DNA of 64,000 bases. Origin: Eledone cirrhosa (lineage: Eukaryota). Shown here one piece after another: positions 39,871-52,105 of this stretch (position 1 is the first letter of the stretch; every line of letters begins with the position of its first letter). The stretch covers positions 160,518,001 through 160,582,000 of the forward strand of contig OZ024743.1 in the NCBI GenBank assembly GCA_964016885.1, read 5' to 3'. The notes below the pieces were generated by a model. That model searched no databases. It saw only the letters and a program-made list of their open reading frames with translations, and was not told the DNA's origin. The position numbers and the translations under genes were made by a program.

Positions 39871-41376
39871 ATGAATCTCCGCTACAGAGTTAAGAACAAA
39901 GTAAATAAATACAATACAGAAGTAATAGAAACAAATAAATACATACACGCAAACAGATACGTACATACACAAGCATACGCAAAACCTTACCATGGGTATA
40001 CAAAACCACGCACATATAAATATGTGTGTGTGTGTATGCTTGTGTACACTATCAATTTCGCTAAAACACTCACAGTGGTTAAGTATTTTGAAGTTGATGT
40101 CATCCTTAATGCCCGAAAGTCGGTGATTAATTTCGACGACTCTATTTGGATTAAAAAATCCAATAGTACCCCATTCGACGTGAGTATGGGCGCCAGTGAC
40201 TCTGCGGAGGTTACTGATCTTATTGGCCTTTTCCTTCTTTTCTCTATCAAGGACGAATTCCCCAACGCGGGCGGTGGTTTGTACCGTGACGATGGTCTTT
40301 TGACCATGACTATGTGCGGACCTCGTGCTTGCGACAGGTTCAGAAAAGAACTCACAGCCTTCTTTAAAGGCTTCAACCTCTCTATACAGGTTGAGGCCAA
40401 TCTCTCGGTCGTTAATTACCTCGACGTTACCCTCAATTTATTGAATGGGTTGTATTACCCGTATAGAAAGCCGAATGATACGCTTAATTACATAAGTAAG
40501 CATTCCAACCATCCTGCCAGTATAACCAAGAACCTGGTAAGAAACGTTTCGTTGAGGCTTTCCCGTCTTTCCACCAACGAGCGCATTTTCAACGACCATT
40601 CCAATTATTACAATGAAGCTCTTGCTCGAAGTGGATTTGTCGATAAGGTAGCATATACAGAGTACGAAAATAGACCTAGAAGAAATAGATCCCGTCGCAT
40701 TTGTTGGTTTAACCCACCATATACTATGGAGGTGGCCACACCATTAGCTAAGATCTTTCTTTCCCATATTACGAAGCATTTTCCCCCTACACATAAATAT
40801 AGTAAAATGTTTAATAGAAATGCTATTAAAATTTCTTACTCTACGACTCCTAACCTTGCACATAACATCACAGCGTCAAATTTAGCTAAGCTACCTAGCC
40901 GTAGGAACACGTGCAACCCTGTAGTTAGTACTAACTCTAATTGTAGGAATCGGGATGATTGCCCCCTATCCGGGAAATGCCTCTGTAGTAACATTGTCTA
41001 CAAATGTAAGGTTGTAACACCCACATCCCGTAGGGCCTACATAGGGTTAACCGCCAATAGTTTCAAGCAGCGTCTTTACATGCATACCCATTCTTTTCGT
41101 TACCCTCTAAGAAGGAATATGACGTCACTTTCAGCTTATATCTGGAGTCTAAAAGACAACCACACCCAATATAAGTTACACTGGGATATCCTGGCTACGG
41201 CTAGATCGTATAACGGAAATAAAAGACCATGTGACCTCTGCGCCGCTGAGGCCCTGGAAATACTCTACGCTACAGACCACATCTTAAACAAAAAATCTGA
41301 GGCAATTTCGGCTTGTAAACATAAATTGCACAAAACTTTCCGGTATTTCAGCCCCACGTTATACCCTAACGGATAG
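39871..41376 (+). CDS. PLE RT C-terminal half plus intact GIY-YIG endonuclease; N-terminus from the inverted pseudo-LTR
   Basis: DVSMGASDSAEVTDLIG, LYRDDGL, VNYLD, SNHP, WFNPPY, CRNRDDCPLSGKC, VYKC..YIG, CDLC..E. The first ~59 aa equal the antisense ORF 41756-41938. Confidence 0.85.
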   Translation: MNLRYRVKNKVNKYNTEVIETNKYIHANRYVHTQAYAKPYHGYTKPRTYKYVCVCMLVYTINFAKTLTVVKYFEVDVILNARKSVINFDDSIWIKKSNSTPFDVSMGASDSAEVTDLIGLFLLFSIKDEFPNAGGGLYRDDGLLTMTMCGPRACDRFRKELTAFFKGFNLSIQVEANLSVVNYLDVTLNLLNGLYYPYRKPNDTLNYISKHSNHPASITKNLVRNVSLRLSRLSTNERIFNDHSNYYNEALARSGFVDKVAYTEYENRPRRNRSRRICWFNPPYTMEVATPLAKIFLSHITKHFPPTHKYSKMFNRNAIKISYSTTPNLAHNITASNLAKLPSRRNTCNPVVSTNSNCRNRDDCPLSGKCLCSNIVYKCKVVTPTSRRAYIGLTANSFKQRLYMHTHSFRYPLRRNMTSLSAYIWSLKDNHTQYKLHWDILATARSYNGNKRPCDLCAAEALEILYATDHILNKKSEAISACKHKLHKTFRYFSPTLYPNG

Positions 41377-42304
41377 CACGATCTATACGTGGATATTTTA
41401 CGTCTTGATGTGGGAGCTAAGTATATGTTTTGTTTATTCCTTTACTTATTTGCATAGGTAAGTATATATTACCCGTATGTTTTGTGAAGGCATGTATACC
41501 TTCTCGTACGTATATTTGACTGTTATAGCGTATAATCTTTACATATTCTGGTATTTAGGGTTTGGCTATGTGTATACGGGAGTTTTGCGTCCGCGTGAGT
41601 GTGCAGGTTCGTACGTATGGTGGGTGTGTGTATATGTGTACTTCTTGTTTTAGTTGACTTACGTCTCCGAACATTCGTGTATTTATATGTAGGTATGCGT
41701 GTGCGCTTGTTATATACGTATTTATTTACCTATATACGTTTATATAATTATTTATTTATTTGTACACAAGCATACACACACACACATATTTATATGTGCG
41801 TGGTTTTGTATACCCATGGTAAGGTTTTGCGTATGCTTGTGTATGTACGTATCTGTTTGCGTGTATGTATTTATTTGTTTCTATTACTTCTGTATTGTAT
41901 TTATTTACTTTGTTCTTAACTCTGTAGCGGAGATTCATTTGGTCTCCTAGTTAGAATTTTAGTCTACGATTTCTGCTATACCATTTACGTGGTTTTGTCT
42001 TTGCGTGCTATTGTTCCCCACGCTCCACATATGACTTATTATCTTCGTTTTTTCGTATATTGCCAGAGAAAGTCTCTATGCACCACCTAAGAGAACATTT
42101 GTCTACGACCTCTTTTATACCATAAGCGTGGTTTTGTCTTTGCGCGTAATTGTTTTTCACCGCTCCTATTAATGACGTATTATTCGTTTTTCCCCATTCT
42201 TTGCCAGGGAACGTTACCACGAACCAAAGTATCGTCTTCCTGTCTTCCTCCGGTTGCAACGTTTTTTGAAATATCCAGTTCTGCGTTTACAGATTGACTT
42301 TGTT

Positions 42305-42355
42305 AGTTTCAGAAGATCCCGTTAAGGGTGAAAGCAGCGATTCTTTGCTTAAACT
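42305..42355 (+). ncRNA. HHR-like motif with CAGAAGA core
   Basis: agttt CAGAAGA t ccc-gttaa-ggg t GAAA gca-loop-tgc TT aaact. All three stems are present, in the usual pseudo-LTR position upstream of AATAAA. Confidence 0.55.
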
Positions 42356-42602
42356 TTAATCTGTTATTTTAATAAATATTTGCTCTACGGTTCTTATATA
42401 TTTGATATATATTTTCCTTATCGAGCCCTCTTTGGATTATAGTCTTCAATTTTATTATTATTACTATATATATGTATATATATATATGTATATATATATA
42501 TGTATATATATATATATGTATATATATGTATATATATATATATGTATATATATATGTATATATATATATATGTATATATATATGTATATATATATTTGTA
42601 TA

Positions 42603-42718
<116 letters not shown>

Positions 42719-42732
42719 TATATATATATATA

Positions 42733-43318
<586 letters not shown>

Positions 43319-43859
43319 GTACGTACAAACATATATTTATTCATGTATAATCGATTATATCAATGTGAAGAAAATGAAATGGCTTCTTCTGAAAAGCAAA
43401 ATAATGATATGGTTTATTTAAGAATGTAGGATCTATAATGAAGTGAAATGTACCACCGTTTTAACAAATGTCATAGTGACAGATTAATAGAGATGGAAAT
43501 CGATCTTTTCACCTATTTTCGAAACATATATTTTGGGATACTTTGGCATCAGATGCTTTTGGGAATCATTTTAACTATATGTCATTTTCTCGAAATAAAT
43601 ACCAGTCCACTACTTTATCTGTCGTAACATATTTAAACATACGCCCAACATATATCTCCTAATATTTCCGACATAACAGTGTATTATTATTTTATTGCCA
43701 ACAATGCAATCAGCGTTATAACTGGACTTTGACAAATATACGCAGCAAACTTTGTAAAATAAAAAAGCTAAAAAGACATCAAAACGTGTTTGCGATGCGT
43801 TTTTCATTCGTTGGTTGAATACTTTCAATTTACTCATACATTTATCTCCGTGGATGCAG

Positions 43860-44180
43860 CACGTCCGAATGGTTTCGAAGCTCGCTTCGCTATCACTCTG
43901 TCTCGGGTTTGGTCTCACTGCGTGGATTCTTGGGCAAGTGTAATTTACCATAAACTCGAGTCGACCCATGCCTATGAGTGGATATATGGAAACCAGTTAG
44001 ATGCCCGTTGAAAAGACTGTAACTCTAACTCAAAGAAACAGCCTTGTCACACATGATCTGAGAATTACGTGAAGGGTAGACATGTTTGTGGAATGGTCAG
44101 CCACTAAAACTTTCATTTTATGAGCAGGTGTTCCGTTGAATGAACAATTGAAACGCTCATCGTCGATCACGATGGAGTTT
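43860..44180 (+). mobile_element. Degenerate tRNA-derived (CORE-like) SINE
   Basis: Decayed head, then cactgcgtgg..cttgggcaagtg, and a 3' gagcagg.tgttccgttga tail resembling abundant octopus SINEs (from memory). Confidence 0.5.
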
Positions 44181-44679
44181 CATTCCACAATTATATTCAT
44201 AATACAGTAATATAGACTTTAAATCATAGTGGGAAATCAAATAATCGTGGCGGTCACTAGGTTTCGATTGAATGATTGAAAAATTTACTTTTGTTTTGAT
44301 AAAGTATATGAACATAGACTTTTATTCCTTTCCTTAACATCTTTAGAGCAAAGAAATTATGATTACTCATCTTTTTGTATTGTCTGAAATGTTTTGGGGC
44401 CCATGTAATTATATTATTATTAAAGAAATGATAATTACTATTATCTTTAATGTTCAGTCTTTCAAGTCGTGCTTTACATTGTTATTACTAGATTGTTCTA
44501 TTTTCAGTTACTCAACTTTTTGCATTGAATTTTGTGAATGTTTTGCTGTACCGTTGTACCTACACTCCTTAGGGGGCTAACTTGTGTTTGTTTTTCAAAC
44601 ATGCCCCTCAATTTTCTGCGAAAATTAAGAAGTTGGACCCAAATGTTGCGTATATTAAAATGAATAGCTAGCTATCCAT

Positions 44680-46795
44680 AGAGTGGAACAGACACAATTC
44701 TGAAAACAATGACAGCAGCAACAACAACAACAGCACCGGTAGTGACATTAACAACAAGAACAACAACAGCAGTAACCAAAACGTATCTCGCGTGACATCC
44801 CCAAACGAAATAAACTTTCAACCTTTGCAAATGTTTACTACTGTCAACGGTTCCGCCCTCACCACAAGGAGAGCAAGCACAACCGACATCCCTAACCTCA
44901 TCACCACTGCTAACACGAACACCAACGCCAACTAAAACAAAAATAAAATTGAAAACAATACAAATGTTAGTAACAACACAAATGATAACATGAACAACAA
45001 TAACAATAAGAACAACAATACATTTGTAGCAACAGTTGACAAAAAGCACCGAATTGTTCTTTATGAACATCGCTGAAAACGATACATGATTGTCCCCCAA
45101 CATAGGAAAAGTCCTTGGCTGGGACAGTAATGCCCAGCCCACCCAATATGTTGGCAGAAACGCAGAAGACTGTCATGTACAAATGTGTATCCAAAGACAC
45201 AAAATAGCCGAAGCCATTAAATTTGAGCTGGCATCGAAATATCACTGAAATAGCACATATCACCATGTCAAGGCATTTCAGTGCTTTTTAAGATCGAAGT
45301 TATGGCCGTGAAATACTCTTTGGTTCTCTGTCAGAGCGAAAGTATATGTTGTACGCCTTTTATCTCGGAAGAAGGGCAGTGAGGGTGAACATTTCTTGGA
45401 TCCCACAAGTAGTAAACGTCTAGTGGATATTGGCTGCGTTGTTCTAGAATTCTACAAGGATGCAACATGAACAGATAACAGGTATGGGATCAGTGAGGAG
45501 GCACAGCTCCATATCAAACCGGACAACACCCACAAAGTAGCAGTCCTCATTTGCCTCCGTTCACGAGTGATGAAATTGGAACGCCTACTATTCAACTTAT
45601 TGTGCAAAGAACAGTTTCCATTCGTTAGGCAATCCATCTGCTGCCAGAAACTTCTAGGTGGTGGGCTAAGCATACCGTGACTGATGATGCACAAAGGTTC
45701 TCTGAGGCTACGGAATCTTTAAATATTCCTTGACGGTGAACAGGTTTGTCGCCGTTTGTCAGATTGGTCTTTCCACAGCTAGTCTTCTGACAGAGCTGCA
45801 GTCCTGGGTCAAGAAGAGACTGGGATGGGGCACCAAGTATATGCAATATAGTCAGGCGTACATAGCAGTCAACCAGTCCGACAAAGCAGTCAATGGAAAT
45901 TCCATTCTAGACTTCTATAAAGGGTTAGTGATGGGGAAGTGCGACAACACTCTTGGAGAGTCTCTGAGCGTCGACGAAATCAAACTAACCACTCTGTTCC
46001 GGAGGACTTTCGAGCCGGGGTCTATAAATAAATTCCAGAAATCCCTCTCTTCCCGGGGGAACTGCCGGTTTGAAATAAACTCTACAAACACGAAAGTGCG
46101 GTCAGACGGACCTGCCCGAGACGCGTGCAGAATGCCGAGGTCGTTTTGCACGCACTCGTCCAGTGCCCGTGCATTACTGTCTTATGGAATTATGTCAAAC
46201 AGCTGTTATTGTGTGTAGGACGAATCCCGAATCCGGCTATCGACCGAGTACACGGTGAAGATCGACCCGGCACCTTCTCTTGACAGGAAAGGGTAGGTAG
46301 TTTTCCTCGGTCGGGTGGCGATAGTGAAAGAGGTTGTATGGTGGATCAGGTTGAAAGGACTGAAGACATATTTTCTCTTCGGTCAATCCCTCATCAACTT
46401 GTTCAAGTTTCACTTGGAAACGAAGGTGAGGGTGGAGAGAGATGTGCTGCCCCCCCCCCCCCGTAAATTTGCTAAAGTGTGGGTGAATGTGGCGAGAATG
46501 GCCCGTGTGAGTGGGCCTACCCTGACCATGCGCCTGTAGGCTGGCTAATTTGAGGAGGAGTTGGGTGTCCTTCCCGAGTGCCCGCGAATCATCGGGTGGT
46601 TCAGGGATTGGTGGGGTACCTGAATCGACCCCGGGTGTTTATCCCCCTCTTGGAGAATTTTCATTGTTGTAATTTTCTTCTTTTTTTATTGATATTTATA
46701 TTATTTTTTACACGTTGTATAATTAAACCCCCATTGTCACTGTCTATTGTACTGACCCTATATATCGAACCTTATGGCCAATAAATGAAACTATT
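44680..46795 (+). mobile_element. Decayed, internally deleted Tx1/L1-clade LINE
   Basis: T/N-rich ORF1 remnant joined to an ORF2 3' part (ORFs 45730 and 46315 resemble 27963). 3' end ggccaataaatgaaac. Confidence 0.75.
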
Positions 46796-46799
46796 ACGA

Positions 46800-46932
46800 C
46801 TCTTTACGGTTTGGGTTCAAATCCCGCCGAGGTTAACTATGCCTTTCGTCCTTACGGGGTGGATAAAATAAAGTACCAGTAATACACTGGGATATTTGCT
46901 GGCCTTGTGCCAAAAGTAAAAACAATTATCAT
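46800..46932 (-). mobile_element. SINE central domain and tail
   Basis: gggttcaaatcccgccgaggttaac...ggccttgtgcc matches the family at 47426 in the same written orientation, so the sense strand may be plus. Headless copy. Confidence 0.6.
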
Positions 46933-46937
46933 TAATA

Positions 46938-47350
46938 CTAGCAGAAAACCTACCCTTCGGGTGGTTTTCTGCAAGCATATTTAGTGTGCATATTGATATT
47001 ATACACAAATATACATGCATGTAGATATGATACGTCAAATAAAATCGTGATTGACAATATGCACAGAAATTGAAGAGAGATTGTGTTATACTGTTTTCTG
47101 TAATAAGTAAAGTAATCCATTTATAAAAGACCATATTATATATAAACTGCATTACGGTGAAATGTAATGAAAACGAAAAATTAGAAAATTAGCGACAGAA
47201 ATATAAACGTTATGATATAACGATTCAAATATATGAACGGTTATATAAGCGATATGTGATATAGCGTCCGTTATATCATAACCGGAAGTATTGACATTTG
47301 AAAATTTTAAAAGAAGTGAATCTTAAAATAAGCAATCATTATATATAAGA
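46938..47350 (-). mobile_element. Candidate non-autonomous Helitron
   Basis: The minus strand ends in a hairpin (accacccgaagggtaggt) then tttctgCTAG|T. Possible 5' end TCTTATATAT near 47350. Internal 14-bp inverted repeat at 47208-47282. Confidence 0.45.
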
Positions 47351-47425
47351 ATAGTTATGTTTAATCAACAGCTACGAAATTTAGTACATACATTATGTTA
47401 TATTCATTTATTATTTATTCAAAGT

Positions 47426-47685
47426 AAGGGCGGTGGATTGGCAGTATCAGTAGAGGGTCGGACACCATGCTTTCCAGCATAGTTACGTCCCTTTATGATC
47501 TGAGTTCAAATCCCGCCGAGGTTGACTTTGCGTTTCATCCTTACGGGGTCGATAAAATAAAGTACCAGTAATGCACTGGGTAATTGCTGGCCTTGTGCCT
47601 AAAGTAGAAACAATTATTTATTCAAAGTAATCCAACTTATTTTACTAGCCTTGTGCCTATATTAGAAATCATCATTATTATTATT
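47426..47685 (+). mobile_element. Full tRNA-derived SINE plus a remnant SINE tail
   Basis: A/B boxes, central domain and tail as in 1562-2035. ttattcaaagtaa on both sides (about 47415 and 47618) is a probable target-site duplication. Confidence 0.88.
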
Positions 47686-48399
47686 GTTGTTGTCGTTGAT
47701 GTTGTTTATTCTCAAGATAAGATGTGTTTATTTTTGCTACTGCTCTGGAATACAAAGATCTTTTTTTAAGGATGTCATATTGAGTGGAAATATTAAAAGA
47801 AAGGTGGGAAATATATTGTTTTTATTTCCCTACAAAGTTAAAGCTAACACAAAAAAAGATTTGGGGAGATTTTGTGGTTTAAATTGATTACGTTCAACAG
47901 AAAATTTCGGTGAGATATTCACACAAGCTTCCTCTCCCAACAAAACACAGACAATTTCAACGAAAACAAATACAAAAAGAATTTACTGAACAACTGAGCA
48001 TTTCTATTTTGAAAATGAAATAAAAATGATATTTCTGTAGACATTATTAACGAAGCTTTTAGCAACATCAATAATAATAGCAACTTACACGCATACACAG
48101 ATTTTATAAAATGATGGTAATTCCGTACTTTTGATGATAGCAATGTGTAAGAAATGCTAGTCTCGCCCTTTAAAAATACGATTTACAAAACATCTTTTAA
48201 ATATAGACCATTTAAATGAAAGAAACATGCGTGACAGCATTGTTATAAAAACAATTATATTTCTACCAGCGCGGAACAGTTGCAATGTGACCGCTAGGTG
48301 CAATACCAAATCTGGGATGGATTTCTTTGTTCCTTGGAAAAAAACATGTAGAGGCTGTTCGCACAGATATGGGAAGTGAGATTCGTACATCGAAGAAAG

Positions 48400-49320
48400 G
48401 GCATATGGAGCTCTCGATACCAGAAAAGCCTAAAAACGATTCTGAATCTGGACCTTGTAGTGCGTGCTGAGAGAGAGCTTTTACTACTTAGTTAGCAGCA
48501 AAAAGTATTTAATGACTTTCTGTCTAGGAGATCTAGAGGAGGAATAAAAAAATGAATAGCTTGAGCAGACCATGAAAAGAACGAATTTCTAATGAACCAT
48601 GTGAAGGAAATATCATTTTTCTTCCATGCTAAGCCTTTGTTTCTGTGACTATACACTTCAAGTTTCTAAAATGCAATGATCCTGTGATTTATGAAAATAC
48701 AATAATCAGACACGTGGGATTGGATATAAAGGCGACACGGACGGATGAATGTATTAAGATGAGCATGTTTATATCAAACCAATCTAATATATCCTTTCGA
48801 GGCAGTGAATATTTCGAAAAATGTTCAAGAGAGAATTAAATTCCCAGGAGTATCTATCGATGTGGAAATAAGACTCTCATGAACTTACATCTGAATCAGT
48901 CTAAAGGAAGTATAGCTTCCTGAAATAACACTGCGAATAATTACAAATGATTGTAAATTAACCGGGACTAGGACAAATGTCCCTCGCAACAGAGTATGGC
49001 TTGATAGCAGAAAGATCATCTCTGCTTATGAACAATGAATATGCATCTGGTTTATTACTCTTCTAGCCGTGATTAGGCACAGACACATTCTCGAACCTCA
49101 CATCGTTGTTTCAACGAAAGATTAAGAATGTTCTAGTTTGTTGATAGGAGTCACAGTATCTCTTAAACCTATAATTGGAAGCAAGCTTTATTTGAAGCCG
49201 AACTTCAACTTGCATTATCAATGAATATACAAGGCTTTTTCTAGATCTAACACATTGGGTCACTGCAATCTGGTGAATGCTGCAGCAGTTCCATTGCGAC
49301 TGCATAATAGCTATCAAACT
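48400..49320 (-). pseudogene. Possible very old LINE APE endonuclease remnant
   Basis: IMQSQWNCCSI resembles the xxQWNCRS start of I/Jockey-group APE domains. Little other support. Confidence 0.3.
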
Positions 49321-49594
49321 GGATTAGTCACAGTTAACCTCTGCATCTGCGGTCAATTCCAAAGTCTGACACTTTTGGTCATGCTATACTGCATATATGA
49401 AGGGCTACGTTATAGTTAGACAACACGTAGTTACACCCTGAAAATGCATACTCATCCATTCACCACCTAAACTACACACATACAAACACATTGTTGCAGC
49501 CTGGAGATAAGAATATTCTGAAATATGTTATTAATGTTATATTTGTGCGCGCATGTGTGTCTTTGTATATATACATACATACATAAACATACAT

Positions 49595-49801
<207 letters not shown>

Positions 49802-49939
49802 GGGACCGGCTGTCGAAGAAACAACACCACGCGTTCGGCCAGCCCCCTGTATTATGAAAAGAGAATTTTTTTTTCGAGGAAATTATTTTTCCAAATTTAA
49901 AGGTTTCTTGGGAACTTTCAACGTTTATTTTAGCTTTTG

Positions 49940-49997
49940 CCGCCTGAAGAGCTCAGGCTATCATAATTGATAGTCCTCAGTGAAATATGTATAATGG
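49940..49997 (+). ncRNA. Type I hammerhead ribozyme (solo)
   Basis: ccgc CTGAAGA gctcaggctatca-taat-tgatagtcctcagt GAAA tatgta TA atgg. Long stem II, imperfect stem I, AATAAA downstream. Confidence 0.7.
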
Positions 49998-50100
49998 AAT
50001 TTTAAATAAAACTGAATCAATATGGCCTCCGATCCTTTATTAATATACATTATTAATATACATAATATATACATTAATATATATTAATATATATAAATAT

Positions 50101-50435
50101 ATATTGTTCTATTTTGGGAGGGGCATATTGTTATAATATTGCCAGAAATAATAACAAATACACACACTGTTTGGTTTGGGCTGGTTTTCGCTTCCGTATA
50201 TTTTATATCCATATAGATAATTTAGCTGGCAATCAATTTTTATCATTGATTGACCAACAGTTAAAAATATAAATATAAATATATATAGTCTATCAAAGTT
50301 CTTTGGTCACACACCTGTGTGACATCATCAGTGGCACTATTAAGTTTCCTCCCGTTGTATTGTAATGTTTACTTATTCGATTATTTATTTATTTATTTAT
50401 TTATTATATTCTTGTCTCTGCGCATGCGTTTGTGT
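50101..50435 (-). mobile_element. Solo PLE pseudo-LTR (12845/22240 family) with mutated HHR
   Basis: Homologous to 12845-13210. Core CTGATGA t gtcacac-aggt-gtgtgac CAAA (G12 lost) at about 50292-50335. Confidence 0.75.
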
Positions 50436-50535
50436 TATTTGAATATGACATGGCTTTAAAGAGACTGTTTGTATAATCGCAAACGAATCGAATATTATCG
50501 AATATTATTATTAATATTCGAAAAACTCAGATTAC

Positions 50536-50657
<122 letters not shown>

Positions 50658-51339
50658 GCATATATAAATGTGTATATATGCAAATTGATACATCTATGTA
50701 TATATATATGCATGGATGCGTACACATACTCCCACCCCCACATACACGCATATTGAAATAAATAATGAAATTATAAACTGTCTGTCAGATATTACATAGT
50801 ATCCATGTAAATTCATAGTGTTTAGTTGATAAAGCTACATATTTGAAATAACTTTTAAATGTCAATTAAAAGTTCAAGATGGAACATCTGTAAGAGAATA
50901 AAAAAGGAAAGTAATGACTCATCAGGAAGAATATCAGAATCACTGTTAATGAAATATTTTTTTAGAACATCACTATATTTGTGTGTGTGTGTGTGTGTGT
51001 GTGTGACAATGCTGTCTCTAGCTATACGTTGATTCGACTGTTAAGAGTACAGTGTACAGCATGGTCGTCGTTGTTGCTCTTCTTTACATCTTTACTCTCA
51101 TTTTGTTTTTGTAAACAATGTTTCCAGAAATACATTACTCAGCATACTGCTCCTGTCATGATATAGTAGCGTGTAATTTCGCAGAAGTTATGCAGTTATA
51201 TCTAGCAAGTAGAACGACTGCATTTAGACACCACTTTATCTCATATGTCTCTCTGATATATATATATAGAGAGAAAGAGATAGATAGATAGATAAATATA
51301 CACGGGTGTGTATGATTGTATATAGAAGATTATATTAAT

Positions 51340-52072
51340 AAAAGGAATTCCAACTTTGTCTGATTTACTCGTTTTATTTACAACCCTTTCAAATTTATAA
51401 TGGTATTAGAATGAAATAGTATGGTAGACTATTAAATGTTAAGTGTTAATTGAACAAGTACTTTCATGCTTTCGCAATCTTCAGATTCATAATGTGTGGT
51501 GACAGTCAAGTTTGTAATTTTCAACTGTAATGAGATGGGTAAATTTTGTGCCTTATATACAGTGAAAAGTGGCTTCAGAATGCTAAATCTTGCAAACTGT
51601 ATTTCAACCAATCGGTGTGTAGTTTCACTGGATTACTAAAGCTGATTGGTTTAGGCGTCACGGTTGGTTGAGCATGTCTAACGACTACTAATTGATCCTA
51701 TCCAAAGCATCAATTGTTTTGCTATTTTTAGAAATGATGAAAATAGCATTTTCTAGTAATCATCACCATCAACATCACTTTTATTATTATTATTGTTGTT
51801 GTTGTTGTTAGTGGTCGTAGTCGACATGGTCGCAGTCATAGTCATAGTAGGAGTAATAACCCATTATTATTGTTCATTTAGCTTGGGTTTGAATTTATCA
51901 ATAAAATTCTTTTCTTTGATTTTTCTCTTGATTTAACTTGGGCTGTATTAGAAAATGTATTAGAAAAATATTGTATAATACATTCCTCTCTGTGGAACTT
52001 CTATTAAGGATTGCAATAGGAGTTAAAACATCGTTTTCACAAAATCTAATGGTAACAGTGGTGTTACTTAGC
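51340..52072 (-). mobile_element. 3' remnant of another PLE (endonuclease C-terminus plus pseudo-LTR)
   Basis: The minus strand near 51870-51930 reads ..NFIDKFKPKLNEQ*, like GIY-YIG C-termini. An HHR lies downstream at 51451-51489. Confidence 0.55.
51451..51489 (-). ncRNA. Very small type I hammerhead ribozyme (39 nt)
   Basis: tgaat CTGAAGA t tgc-GAAA-gca t GAAA gtac TT gttca. GNRA-capped stem II, palindromic AAGTACTT. Confidence 0.7.
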
Positions 52073-52074
52073 TT

Positions 52075-52099
<25 letters not shown>

Positions 52100-52105
<6 letters not shown>

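Larger units (their letters stand above)
39432..42403 (+). mobile_element. Penelope-like element, 5'-truncated, with ~610-bp inverted pseudo-LTRs, in (TA)n
   Basis: 39432-40042 is inverted at about 41765-42378. Internal RT-GIY-YIG ORF; one-sided tail to 42403. Confidence 0.93.
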
